NCBI GenBank assembly: GCA_963821395.1
Contig: CAWGDY010000011.1
Location: 124,769 to 188,768 of the forward strand
Source of the DNA: Vicinamibacterales bacterium
GTDB taxonomy: Bacteria > Acidobacteriota > Vicinamibacteria > Vicinamibacterales > JAMQPK01
Length of the DNA: 64,000 bases
Direction of reading: 5' to 3'
This document shows, piece after piece, positions 39,881-48,998 of the stretch (its first letter is position 1; every line of letters starts with the position of its first letter). Both the position numbers and the translations under genes were made by a program. The notes under the pieces are model-generated. The model was not told the DNA's origin and searched no databases. It saw only the letters and a program-made list of their open reading frames with translations.

Positions 39881-41256
39881 TCGTCACAAAACTGGCGTTA
39901 CCACGCCGGACGTTTCTTCGCGGGCTGGGCGCAACCGTCGCGCTGCCGCTGCTCGATGCGATGGTGCCGGCATTTTCCGCGACCGTGAAAAGCGCCGCGA
40001 AGCCGATCTGCCGCATGGGATTCATCTACGTGCCAAACGGCGTGGCGATGAACGACAGCTTGAACTACTGGACGCCGAAAGGCTCGGGCGCCGGGTTCGA
40101 CTTCTCGCCGATTCTCACGCCGCTCGTTCCGCACCGCGATCGGCTGACGATCGTCAGCGGCCTGGCGCAGAAGCAGGGAGAGTCGCTGGGCGACGGCAAC
40201 GGCGAGCACACGCGGGCCTGCGCGACCTGGCTTGCAGGCGTGCACCCGAAGAAAACCGAGGGCTCCGACATCAGGCTCACGACGACAGCCGATCAGATTG
40301 CCGCGGCCCACTTGGGCAAGGAAACCGTGCTGCCGTCGATGGAGATGATTGCCTCGGAGATCGATCTCGTGCTCGGTGGCCAGTGCGAGGCGGGGTACAG
40401 CTGCGCCTACATGAACACCGTGTCGTGGCAGTCGCCCACGACGCCGCTGCCGGTCGAGAACAATCCGAGCGTGGTCTTCGATCGGCTGTTCGGCGAGGGC
40501 GGGAGTCCCGACGAGCGGCTCGATCGGATGAAGCGGAAGCGCAGCCTGCTCGATCGCGTCAACAGCGATCTGGCCCGTCTCCAGCGCTCGCTGGGTCCGT
40601 CAGACCGGCTTCGGATCTCGGAGTACCTCGATGCCGTGCGCGAAGTCGAGCGGCGTATTCAAATGGCCGAAGAGCAGAACAGCAACTCGACCTTGCCGGT
40701 GCCAAATCGTCCGATCGGCATCCCCTCGCAGTACGACGATCACCTGAGGCTGCTCTACGACCTGCAGTGGCTGGCCTATCAGGGAGACCTGACGCGCGTA
40801 TTCTCGCTGATGTACGGCCGCGAGCTGAACAGCCGGAGCTATCCGGAGATCGGCATCTCGGAGCCGCATCACGGGTTGTCGCACCACGGCGATCGGCCAG
40901 AGCAGATCGAGAAATTCTCGCGGCTCAACACGTATCAGGTCCAGCTGTTCGCGTACTTCCTCGACAAGCTGCGGTCGACGCCAGACGGAGACGGCAATCT
41001 GCTCGACCACACGATCCTTCTGTATGGCGGCGCGATGAGCAATCCGAACGTCCATCTCCACGTGAATCTCCCGCTCGTGGTCGCGGGCGGAGGCGCCGGG
41101 ACATTGAAAGGCGGGCGCCACCTCACGTTCGATCCGGCGAAGAACGTGCCGATGACCAATCTCCTCGTGTCGCTGCTCGACAAGGCGGGCGTGGCGGTTG
41201 AGCGACTCGGCGACAGCAATGGCCGAATCGATTTGAATGGTTTGACGGGGATTTGA
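39877..41256 (+). CDS. DUF1552 (HXXSHH) family protein
   Basis: PRRTFLRGLG, YVPNG, CEAGYSCAY and HHGLSHH; ATGA overlap with the upstream gene. Confidence 0.9.
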   Translation: MIVTKLALPRRTFLRGLGATVALPLLDAMVPAFSATVKSAAKPICRMGFIYVPNGVAMNDSLNYWTPKGSGAGFDFSPILTPLVPHRDRLTIVSGLAQKQGESLGDGNGEHTRACATWLAGVHPKKTEGSDIRLTTTADQIAAAHLGKETVLPSMEMIASEIDLVLGGQCEAGYSCAYMNTVSWQSPTTPLPVENNPSVVFDRLFGEGGSPDERLDRMKRKRSLLDRVNSDLARLQRSLGPSDRLRISEYLDAVREVERRIQMAEEQNSNSTLPVPNRPIGIPSQYDDHLRLLYDLQWLAYQGDLTRVFSLMYGRELNSRSYPEIGISEPHHGLSHHGDRPEQIEKFSRLNTYQVQLFAYFLDKLRSTPDGDGNLLDHTILLYGGAMSNPNVHLHVNLPLVVAGGGAGTLKGGRHLTFDPAKNVPMTNLLVSLLDKAGVAVERLGDSNGRIDLNGLTGI

Positions 41257-41257
41257 C

Positions 41258-42766
41258 GTGGCCAGAAGCCTGAAGCCAGAAGCCCGCAGCCTGCGGGCGG
41301 CCGCCTTAATCGTCGCCGTCGCGTTCTTCAACATGGGCGCCGCCGCTGCGCCGCCGGTTGTCGAGGCGGTGAAGGGCGGGAACGTCGATGCCGTCCGAAC
41401 GCTGCTCGCGAAGCGAGCCGATCCGAATGCCGCCGAAGCCGACGGCACGACAGCCCTGCATTGGGCGGCGCATTTCGACAATCTCGCGGCGGCCGATCTG
41501 CTGATCACGTCTGGCGCCAACGCGCGCGCCGCGAACCGGTATGGCGCCACGCCGCTCTGGCTGGCGTGCATCAACGGCAGCGCGCCGATGATCGAGCGGC
41601 TGCTCAACGCGGGTGCCGATCCGAACACGACGATGCCCGAGGGAGACACGGCGCTGATGACGGCGGCGCGCACCGGCAACGTCGCGGCCGTGCGCGCGCT
41701 GCTGACGCGTGGGGCGCGCGTGGATACGGCAGAGCAGTGGAAGGGACAGACGGCGCTCATGTGGGCGGCGGCCTCGAACAACGCGGCTGTCGTGGAGGCG
41801 CTCATCGAGGCAGGCGCCGACGTCCATGCGCGCACGAAGTATCAGACCGTGCCGCTCTTCCAGACCGGCGGCTTCGGACGCCGGGCGGAAAGGAATTCGG
41901 ACGTCACCAAGCAGTCCGGGTTCATGGCGCTGCACTTCGCCGTCCGCGCCGGCGCACTCGACGCCATCAAGGCGCTGTTGAAGTCGGGCGCAACCGTGCA
42001 CGACACCACCTCGGACGGCACCGGCGTCCTGGTGATGGCCATTGCGAGCACGCACTACGAACTGGCTGAATGGCTGCTCGAACAGGGAGCCGATCCGAAT
42101 GCCGCTGCCCAGGGATGGACGCCGCTCCATCAAATCGCATACACGCGGCGTCCCAACACGGGGGTCAACAATCCCGGCATGGTTTCAAGGAGCCGGCTCG
42201 ACAGCCTGACTTTGGCGCGCCGGCTGATCGCGCGGGGCGCCGATCCGAACAAAGCGGCGACGAAAAATCCCGACGTGACCAGCGTGGGGCGGAAGCGTCT
42301 GACCGAAGAAGGCGCAACGCCGTTCTGGGTGGCAGCGCAGACGCTCGACCTTCCGTATATGGAGCTGCTCGCCGCGCACGGCGCCGATGTGCTGCGCGCC
42401 AATGCCACCGGCGACACACCGCTCCTCGCGGCATCGGGGCTCGTCATCGAGAAGCCTGGCGAGAGTCCGGGTTCGCCCGAAGAAGCCGCGGCGGCGATTA
42501 AGTTCTGTCTCGATCGGGGTGCCGATGCGACCACGGTCGATCAGGACGGCAATACCGCCCTCCACGGCGTCGCGGTCTGGGGATCGAATGAGGCCGTCGA
42601 GATGCTGGTGGCCAAAGGGGCGCGGCTCGACGTGAAGAACAAGAAGGGGCAGACACCCTGGCGGATCGCCGAAGGTGCGGTGTTCGAAGACGCGGTGCTC
42701 GCTCAGCCTGAAACCGCCGCGCTCCTCAGGAAACTGATGGAATCGCGGGGTCTCAGAGTAGAGTGA
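41258..42766 (+). CDS. Exported ankyrin-repeat protein
   Basis: Multiple G.TALH/TPL repeats. The N-terminal ARSLKPEARS is encoded by a heptamer array (41261-41291). Confidence 0.9.
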   Translation: MARSLKPEARSLRAAALIVAVAFFNMGAAAAPPVVEAVKGGNVDAVRTLLAKRADPNAAEADGTTALHWAAHFDNLAAADLLITSGANARAANRYGATPLWLACINGSAPMIERLLNAGADPNTTMPEGDTALMTAARTGNVAAVRALLTRGARVDTAEQWKGQTALMWAAASNNAAVVEALIEAGADVHARTKYQTVPLFQTGGFGRRAERNSDVTKQSGFMALHFAVRAGALDAIKALLKSGATVHDTTSDGTGVLVMAIASTHYELAEWLLEQGADPNAAAQGWTPLHQIAYTRRPNTGVNNPGMVSRSRLDSLTLARRLIARGADPNKAATKNPDVTSVGRKRLTEEGATPFWVAAQTLDLPYMELLAAHGADVLRANATGDTPLLAASGLVIEKPGESPGSPEEAAAAIKFCLDRGADATTVDQDGNTALHGVAVWGSNEAVEMLVAKGARLDVKNKKGQTPWRIAEGAVFEDAVLAQPETAALLRKLMESRGLRVE

Positions 42767-42770
42767 ATCC

Positions 42771-42862
42771 GAATTCGCAGATTCGCAGATTCGCAGATTG
42801 TGGGATTGATTGGCAGATTCAATTCAATCTGCGAATCTGGCAATCTGCGAATCTGCGAATTC
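42771..42862. mobile_element. MITE-like 92-bp element with 21-bp perfect terminal inverted repeats built from octamers (copy 1)
   Basis: gaattcgcagattcgcagatt ... aatctgcgaatctgcgaattc; near-identical copy at 48906-48998. Mobility is inferred, not shown. Confidence 0.65.
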
Positions 42863-42865
42863 AAG

Positions 42866-43795
42866 TCATTTGATGAACGTTCCGGCGCGCAGCTCAGCGT
42901 AAGCCTGCTGCAATTCCCAGTTCGTGTTCATGACGATCGGGCCGCGCCAGGCCACGGGTTCTTCCAGTGGCTTGCCCGACACGAGCAGAAAGCGGATCCC
43001 TTCGTCGCCCGAGCGGACGACGATCTCGTCGCCACGGTCGAAGAGCACGAGCGATCGGTTGCTCACCACGTCGAATTCGCCGGCTTCTATCAATCCGGGG
43101 GCCCCTGCCCCCCGGTGCGCCCCGCCAACAACTTCGGTCGCCACCGCTTGCGGAGCCGAGGCGTCGCGGAACGTGCCCGACCCCGCGAACACATACGCGA
43201 ACGCATTGTTCGCACGATCGACCGCCAGCCGCTTTTGCTTGCCCGGCGGGACCGAGACGTCGAGATAGCGCGGGTCCGCCGCCACGCCTTCAACAGGACC
43301 CGCCTTCCCCCAGAAAGAACCGATCACGACGCGCACGCGCGTGCCGTCGTCGTCGGTCACTTCTGGAATATCGGCCGCCGAGATGTCCTGATAGCGCGGC
43401 TTCGTCATCTTCAACGAGGAAGGCAGGTTCGACCACAACTGGAACCCATGCATGCGGCCCTGGCCGTCGCCTTTGGGCATTTCCTGATGCAGGATGCCGC
43501 TGCCCGCCGTCATCCACTGCACGTCACCGGGACCCATGCGTCCGCGATTGCCGAGGCTGTCGCCATGCTCGACCGTGCCGGCCAGCACATAGGTAATCGT
43601 CTCGATGCCACGATGCGGATGCCACGGGAACCCGGCAAGGTACGCGTCGGGATTGTCGTTTCTGAAATCGTCGAACAGGAGAAACGGATCGAAGTCGGAC
43701 GTGTTGCCGAATCCGAACGCGCGGCGCAGAGCGACTCCCGCACCTTCCATGGTAGCGACCGATTGACGGACGTCTTTGACTGGCCGAAGAGACAT
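42866..43795 (-). CDS. Pirin family protein
   Basis: DPFLLFD, GFPWHPHRGIETITY, QWMTAGSGILHQE and GPIVMNT. Confidence 0.93.
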   Translation of the reverse strand: MSLRPVKDVRQSVATMEGAGVALRRAFGFGNTSDFDPFLLFDDFRNDNPDAYLAGFPWHPHRGIETITYVLAGTVEHGDSLGNRGRMGPGDVQWMTAGSGILHQEMPKGDGQGRMHGFQLWSNLPSSLKMTKPRYQDISAADIPEVTDDDGTRVRVVIGSFWGKAGPVEGVAADPRYLDVSVPPGKQKRLAVDRANNAFAYVFAGSGTFRDASAPQAVATEVVGGAHRGAGAPGLIEAGEFDVVSNRSLVLFDRGDEIVVRSGDEGIRFLLVSGKPLEEPVAWRGPIVMNTNWELQQAYAELRAGTFIK

Positions 43796-43803
43796 GCGAC
43801 CTC

Positions 43804-44184
43804 CTACTTGCTTGCCTTATGACGCGTCGGCCGCCGCGATCGGTTCGCCGGCCGTTTCGGCCTGCCCGATGCCGCAACGGCTACCGCTCGTTCGGCCCAG
43901 ACCGCAAGATCTCGCGGGTTTTCGAGTACCGCTAGCGGCACTTCGTAATACCCCATCGTCATGGGCCGTCCCGCGTAGGGTTTGAACGGTTTCATGCCTG
44001 CCCGTTGAAATACCGCACGCGTATCGTCGTTCACCTTCAGATAGAAAACATCCCGGTGGATGATGCCGAAGAACAGGTCGTTGCGGTAAAGGCCCGTTCC
44101 TCCGAACATCGCCTGCGCGTGTACGCCAGTGATTCCGCTCAGCTGATCGAGCACGAATTCGACGAACGCAGTCTTCTTAGACAC
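43804..44184 (-). CDS. TfoX/Sxy N-terminal domain protein
   Basis: AMFGGTGLY, FYLKV, MGYYEVP; GTG start at 44184. Confidence 0.8.
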   Translation of the reverse strand: MSKKTAFVEFVLDQLSGITGVHAQAMFGGTGLYRNDLFFGIIHRDVFYLKVNDDTRAVFQRAGMKPFKPYAGRPMTMGYYEVPLAVLENPRDLAVWAERAVAVAASGRPKRPANRSRRPTRHKASK

Positions 44185-44863
44185 GATTGATCCACTCGAC
44201 GATCGTGTCCTGAACCTCCGTATAGACGACGGCCTGCCTCGCCTTCTGATCCCGTCCCGCAATCTTGAACGAATGATCGCCGCCATCCACCGTGTGAAGC
44301 GTCGGCAGCGGAGCGAGGCTCGACAGGATCGGCTTCAGCTCGGAGGGCGTGCCGAACGTATCGCGCGTACCCTGCACGAACAGCATCGGACGCTGCACGC
44401 CTGCCAGATGCGCGTCGCGCGTCTGATCGGGACGTCCCGGGGGATGCAGCGGATAGCCCAGCAGCACGATCCCGTTGATAGAGAGGTCGTGGTCTTCCGC
44501 GGCGACGTGCGTCGACGCGCGACCGCCCATCGATTTTCCGCCGATGAACAGACGCTCGCGCGCGCTGGCGACTTCGGAACGGGCAACACCAACGACGGCG
44601 CGAAAGCAGGCCACGAGCTGCGGCATCCGATCGGGCACCTTCCGCCCTTGTTCCGTGTAGAGGAAATTGAACGTGAGGGCGTCGACGCCACGTTCGCTCA
44701 ACCCGCGCGCGAAGCCGACCATGAATGGATGTCGTTGAGGCGCACCGGCGCCGTGCGCGAGGATGATGGCGGCGCGACGACTGGAGGAACCCGCCGCAGG
44801 ATAGAGCAGCGCCGTCGTCCGTTGGCCGCGTTCCAGATCGACAACCAGCGATCGCGGGTCCAC
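44177..44863 (-). CDS. Alpha/beta hydrolase (KANL3/Tex30-like)
   Basis: LAHGAGA, GGKSMGGR, GYPLHPPG, QGTRDTFG and GGDHS. Confidence 0.88.
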   Translation of the reverse strand: MDPRSLVVDLERGQRTTALLYPAAGSSSRRAAIILAHGAGAPQRHPFMVGFARGLSERGVDALTFNFLYTEQGRKVPDRMPQLVACFRAVVGVARSEVASARERLFIGGKSMGGRASTHVAAEDHDLSINGIVLLGYPLHPPGRPDQTRDAHLAGVQRPMLFVQGTRDTFGTPSELKPILSSLAPLPTLHTVDGGDHSFKIAGRDQKARQAVVYTEVQDTIVEWINRV

Positions 44864-44901
44864 ACCGCGATTCTAGGCCATGACTGACAGCGCCACCAGC
44901 G

Positions 44902-45312
44902 TCAGCCGCTGTGATCGCGCCCGGTGAGCTGATCGAGAAAATGCACGATCGTTGAAAACCCTTCGGGCTTGAAAAATACGAAGCCCTTCTGCTTGGTGAT
45001 GGCCAGCCGTTCGGCTTCGGTCAATATGCTGCCGGTGACGATCAGAACGGGGATCTCGCGAAATTCGGGAACCGTACGCAGATCGGTGAGAACGTCGAGT
45101 CCCGTGCGTCCGTCGGGCAGACGCATGTCCAGCATGGCGGCGATCACCGGCGTCGTTCGCAGCAGCTCGATGGCGGCGTCAACCGTTTCCGCCTCGACGC
45201 AGCCGTACCCCGATCCCTTGAGAAAGCGCCGCGCTGCGTGCCGGACGAACGGTTCATCGTCGAGGACGAGGACGGTCGGAAGTGCGGGTTCCGGCTTCGA
45301 ATCAGAGTGCAC
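44902..45312 (-). CDS. Single-domain response regulator (receiver)
   Basis: VLVLDDE, LDMRLPDG.TG, VTG and FKP. Confidence 0.85.
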   Translation of the reverse strand: MHSDSKPEPALPTVLVLDDEPFVRHAARRFLKGSGYGCVEAETVDAAIELLRTTPVIAAMLDMRLPDGRTGLDVLTDLRTVPEFREIPVLIVTGSILTEAERLAITKQKGFVFFKPEGFSTIVHFLDQLTGRDHSG

Positions 45313-45414
45313 GTAGCTGCATACCTAAAGTAACACCGGAGCGGCGCGACGAATTCGTAAGCCGATAACGGAAATTGCTGTCCGGAAGTCCTGCGACGCA
45401 GATACTAGCAGATA

Positions 45415-45430
45415 CGGCACGCCCGTCGCA
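45415..45430 (+). promoter_or_regulatory. Putative sigma54 promoter
   Basis: CGGCAC-GCCCG-TCGCA upstream of the 34-aa ORF. Confidence 0.45.
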
Positions 45431-45533
45431 GACGATAAGTGACGGGTCTGCATGCAGTTATGTCTTGTGACCGATCGGCCCTTTTTCGGCCCCTCCCTTG
45501 CTCACCTCACGGCGCCCCCCCATTGGAGGAAGA

Positions 45534-45638
45534 ATGTTTATCTGGATACTGATCGTGGGCATGGCTATCGTCGGCGGCGTCTGGGTGAAGACCCGCAGGC
45601 AGCGCAAGGCCAAGGCGGCGCCGTATGTCGGCAACTAG
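45534..45638 (+). CDS. 34-aa single-TM small protein (absent from the ORF track)
   Basis: GGAGG at 45525-45529, then MFIWILIVGMAIVGGVWVKTRRQRKAKAAPYVGN*: hydrophobic helix followed by a basic stop-transfer segment. Confidence 0.6.
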   Translation: MFIWILIVGMAIVGGVWVKTRRQRKAKAAPYVGN

Positions 45639-45906
45639 GTCGAAGCGTGCGGTAGAGCGCGCGCGCCGGGATGGCCCGCGGCGCGCGCGGCCTGCCACGA
45701 GAGTTCCCGCGTGGGCGATGCTCTCCATGGCACTCTCACACGAGAACCGTGTGCAATCGGGACGACCGGATGTTGATGCGGCAGTTCAACTTGCCGCCGA
45801 GATTGCGCTCTCCGATTACCGCAAGTTCCGGTACAATCTCGACTAGTTTCCCTCGGCGGCGTCCGCGTGGCGGACGCCGCGGTTTCCTGCGCCTGACTTG
45901 ATCACG

Positions 45907-46968
45907 ATGAGACGGATTGTTGCCGTCACGGCAGCCGTGGTGTTTTTCGCCAGCGCGCCCGCGCGTGCGCAGGACTTCGTCTACGAAGTCTTCGGTGCCT
46001 ACCTCGAATCCCTTCGCGACCAGGCTGGCATCCCCGGTCTCGCGGCCGCCATCGTCGACGTCAACGGCATCGTCTGGGAAGGGGCATATGGGCGGCAGGA
46101 TATCGGCCGCGCCATGGCGACCCGCACCGACACTCCGTTCCGTGCCGACGGGCTGACGCAGATGATGACGGCGGTCATGATCCTCCGTTGTGCCGAAGAA
46201 GGACGGCTGGATCTGGACGCGCGGGTCGGATCGTTACGCAACGACACACCCGAGCCCGACGCGACCCTCCGTCAGCTCATGACGCACACATCGGGAACGC
46301 CGGAGAACCTGACCTACGCGTACCGGCCCGAGCGGCTCGCGCCCCTCTGGCCGATTCTGCGGACGTGCACCCTCGACTCCTATCGCGAGAACTTCGCGAA
46401 CCTGCTCGGGCGCCTGGGTATGTCCGACTCGATCCCGGGAGTGAACATCGTGTCGCTGGTGCCGCCGGCCGAAGGTATGCCCGACCCGTTCGACGTGGAG
46501 CGCTACAACGCGCTGCTCCAGCGTCAGGCCACCCCCTACGCGGTGGACGATCGCGGACGCGCCACGCAGTCGTTCTACCCGGAATCAGCCCAGTCTCTGA
46601 CGCCGTCGATGGGACTCGTGACAACCGTGCGCGATCTTGCGAAATTCGACCTCGCGCTCAAGCAGGGGTTGCTGATTTTGCCCGGAACCCTCGCGCAGGC
46701 CTGGAGTCCACCAGGAAATGCGGCCGGCGTCGCGCTGCCCCATGGTGCGGGTTGGTTCGTTCAGTACGACAATGGCGAACAGGTCGTCTGGCAGTTCGGC
46801 ATGACGGAAAACGCCTCGTCATCGCTCATGATCACGTTGCCGGCCCGTGGACTGACGCTGATTCTCATGGCGAACAGCGACGGCCTGGTCAGGCTGTATT
46901 CGCCGACAGGCGGCGATGTGTCGGTGTCACCGTTTGCAAAGCTGTTTCTGAACCTCTTCGTCCGATAG
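45907..46968 (+). CDS. Beta-lactamase/serine-hydrolase fold protein lacking the SxxK motif
   Basis: IPGLAAAIV, TLRQLMTHTSG and TTVRDLAKFD are present, but the catalytic site reads FRADGLTQ. Confidence 0.8.
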   Translation: MRRIVAVTAAVVFFASAPARAQDFVYEVFGAYLESLRDQAGIPGLAAAIVDVNGIVWEGAYGRQDIGRAMATRTDTPFRADGLTQMMTAVMILRCAEEGRLDLDARVGSLRNDTPEPDATLRQLMTHTSGTPENLTYAYRPERLAPLWPILRTCTLDSYRENFANLLGRLGMSDSIPGVNIVSLVPPAEGMPDPFDVERYNALLQRQATPYAVDDRGRATQSFYPESAQSLTPSMGLVTTVRDLAKFDLALKQGLLILPGTLAQAWSPPGNAAGVALPHGAGWFVQYDNGEQVVWQFGMTENASSSLMITLPARGLTLILMANSDGLVRLYSPTGGDVSVSPFAKLFLNLFVR

Positions 46969-47562
46969 ATGAGGACAGGATGCCTGATTATTCCGTTGCT
47001 GCTGCTGATGCCGGTTACGGCGAGGGCTGAGTGGCAGGTTCGGCCGTTCATCGGGTTTACGTTCGGGGGGGAGACCAGTTTCATCGACCCGGAGAACGCC
47101 ATCATCGATAAGAATCTGGTGATCGGAGCGTCGGGCGGTTGGCTGGGTGAAATCTTCGGCCTGGAGGCCGACTGGGGCCGGGCGCCAGGGTTTTTTCAGA
47201 CCGATTCGGTCGCCGAACCGCTGGTGACACAAAGTGCCGTGACGACGCTGACGGGCAACGTTGTGATTGCATGGCCGCGGCGGATGGCCGGATATGGATT
47301 GCGGCCGTATTTTTCGGGTGGTGCGGGACTGATGCACGTGGATCTTCTGGGAAGGATCACGGCGGTGCGTCACAACCGTACCCTTCCGGCGCTCAGTCTT
47401 GGCGGCGGGGTGACAGGATTTCTCAGCGAGCGCGTCGGTTTGAATTGGGACATTCGGCGTTTGAGCACGATGCGGGGCGAGGGCGAGACCCTGGGGAACA
47501 GTCTTGGCGACGAGCAACTCTCCCTGTGGCGCGCGACGATGGCAGTCGCGCTGAGGTATTAG
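46969..47562 (+). CDS. Small outer-membrane beta-barrel protein
   Basis: Signal peptide, LRPYFSGGAG, alternating beta pattern, terminal Tyr. Confidence 0.75.
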   Translation: MRTGCLIIPLLLLMPVTARAEWQVRPFIGFTFGGETSFIDPENAIIDKNLVIGASGGWLGEIFGLEADWGRAPGFFQTDSVAEPLVTQSAVTTLTGNVVIAWPRRMAGYGLRPYFSGGAGLMHVDLLGRITAVRHNRTLPALSLGGGVTGFLSERVGLNWDIRRLSTMRGEGETLGNSLGDEQLSLWRATMAVALRY

Positions 47563-48141
47563 GTGACATCAAGAATCTGGAAACTGAAAACTAGAATCTG
47601 GAATCTGGAACGCAAGCTGTCGGTGCTGACGTTTGTGCTTGGCGTGATGCTGCTGAGCGCGGTCACCTACGCCGACGGGATCCTGCGAATCGTGCCGCTG
47701 GTGCGCGACGATCAGGTGATCGTGTCGGTTGACCTCGACAACGGATACACCGAGGAAGTCCGGCAGGTCATCAACGGCGGCGTCCGCACGACGTTCACCT
47801 ACGATGTCGATTTGAAGATGATTGTGCCCGCCTGGGTGGACCGGACGATTGCGTCGCTCGTGGTGACGAGCATCGATCACTACGACACGCTGACACGAAA
47901 GCACACGTTGTCGCGCATGGTGGATGGCCGCGTCATCGACGCGAGCGTCACCGAGAGCGAAGCCGTTGCGAAGAAGTGGCTGACCTCGCTCGAAAATCTG
48001 CCGCTGTGCCGCATATCGCGGCTCGATGCTCACCGCGAGTACTACGTGCGCATCAGCGCTCACGTCCGCCCGCCGGGGGCCACGCTGCTGGGGTGGGCAA
48101 ACGGCGTGACGAACCTCGCGAAGTTTACGTTTGTTCCGTAG
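47563..48141 (+). CDS. DUF4390 family protein
   Basis: TTFTYDVDL..VPAWVDRTI, YDTLTRK and YYVRI. The N-terminus overlaps a heptamer array (47571-47610). Confidence 0.65.
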   Translation: MTSRIWKLKTRIWNLERKLSVLTFVLGVMLLSAVTYADGILRIVPLVRDDQVIVSVDLDNGYTEEVRQVINGGVRTTFTYDVDLKMIVPAWVDRTIASLVVTSIDHYDTLTRKHTLSRMVDGRVIDASVTESEAVAKKWLTSLENLPLCRISRLDAHREYYVRISAHVRPPGATLLGWANGVTNLAKFTFVP

Positions 48142-48175
48142 GATACAAGAAGTGCACGGCAAGCCACGGAAACCA

Positions 48176-48267
48176 AAACAGGAGATTAAGAGTTCAGGAG
48201 GTTAGAAAGGATTTCTTTCTTCAGAAAAAGATTCTCGTGTTTCTCCTAATCTCCTGATCTCCTGTTT
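48176..48267. repeat. Inverted octamer arrays (caggagat)-type with AT-rich spacer, between convergent genes
   Basis: aaacaggagat ... atctcctgttt; a related element lies at 52621-52690. Confidence 0.75.
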
Positions 48268-48279
48268 GTATTTCTTCCG

Positions 48280-48885
48280 TCACTGCACGTCCAGCAACTC
48301 CATCTCAAACAGTAACGTCGAATCCGGCGGGATGATGCCGTCGCCCGCGCCGTCGCGGCCGTACGCGAGATTGGACGGAATGATGAGACGCCGCCTGCCG
48401 CCCACTTTCATGCCGTCGAAACCCTGATCCCAGCCGGGAATCACCTGGCCCGCGCCAAGCACGAAGTCGAACGGTCCTCGCTCCTTCGACGAGTCGAACA
48501 TCCGGCCCTTCATGCCGGGCTTCGCGGGGTCATACAGCCAGCCGGTGTAATGCACTTGGAGGCGTGCGCCTTTTTGAGCTGCGCGGCCCGTGCCCGGCTG
48601 CAAGTCGGTTCTCGTAAACGCCGGTCGCGCCGGCGCGGCGGGCTTTGGCGCTTTGGCCGCCGCAGTCGGACTCGGAGTCGCCGCCTGGCTGCTGCTACTG
48701 GGCTGCTGGGCTGGCGTTTCCGCCGGTTTCGCTGACTCCGGTGCGGGAGTGGCCGGTGGTGGAACCGGCTCTGGAGCTGAGGCCGGCGGCGGTGTCGTGG
48801 ACGGTTGTTCCGCTGGCTGACCGCCGCCACAACTGACGATTAGGGGAAGTAGGAGGACACTCGCGATGAAGGCGTATTTCTGCAT
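48280..48885 (-). CDS. FKBP-type peptidyl-prolyl isomerase lipoprotein 1
   Basis: Lipobox IVSC, Pro/Ala linker, VHYTGWL, FDSS, VIPGWDQG, LAYG and IPPDSTLLFEMEL. Confidence 0.92.
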   Translation of the reverse strand: MQKYAFIASVLLLPLIVSCGGGQPAEQPSTTPPPASAPEPVPPPATPAPESAKPAETPAQQPSSSSQAATPSPTAAAKAPKPAAPARPAFTRTDLQPGTGRAAQKGARLQVHYTGWLYDPAKPGMKGRMFDSSKERGPFDFVLGAGQVIPGWDQGFDGMKVGGRRRLIIPSNLAYGRDGAGDGIIPPDSTLLFEMELLDVQ

Positions 48886-48905
48886 GCGTTGGAGTATAGC
48901 AACCC

Positions 48906-48998
48906 GAATTCGCAGATTCGCAGATTCGCAGATTGTGGGATTGATTGGGAGATTCAAACGTAATCTTCGAATCTGGCAATCTGCGAATCTGCGAATTC
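48906..48998. mobile_element. MITE-like 93-bp element (copy 2)
   Basis: Same terminal repeats and nearly the same interior as 42771-42862. Its end overlaps the stop codon of FKBP 2. Confidence 0.65.

Noticed and set aside
43804-44184. Natural-competence regulator locus
   Set aside because: Stand-alone TfoX_N proteins are widespread, and no competence genes are adjacent.
45625-45846. ORF ending LSDYRKFRY, resembling the ExeA start MSDYRKFDR
   Set aside because: A six-residue match with no further similarity; the region contains a likely TACAAT promoter box.
45907-46968. Beta-lactam resistance gene
   Set aside because: The catalytic SxxK motif is absent.
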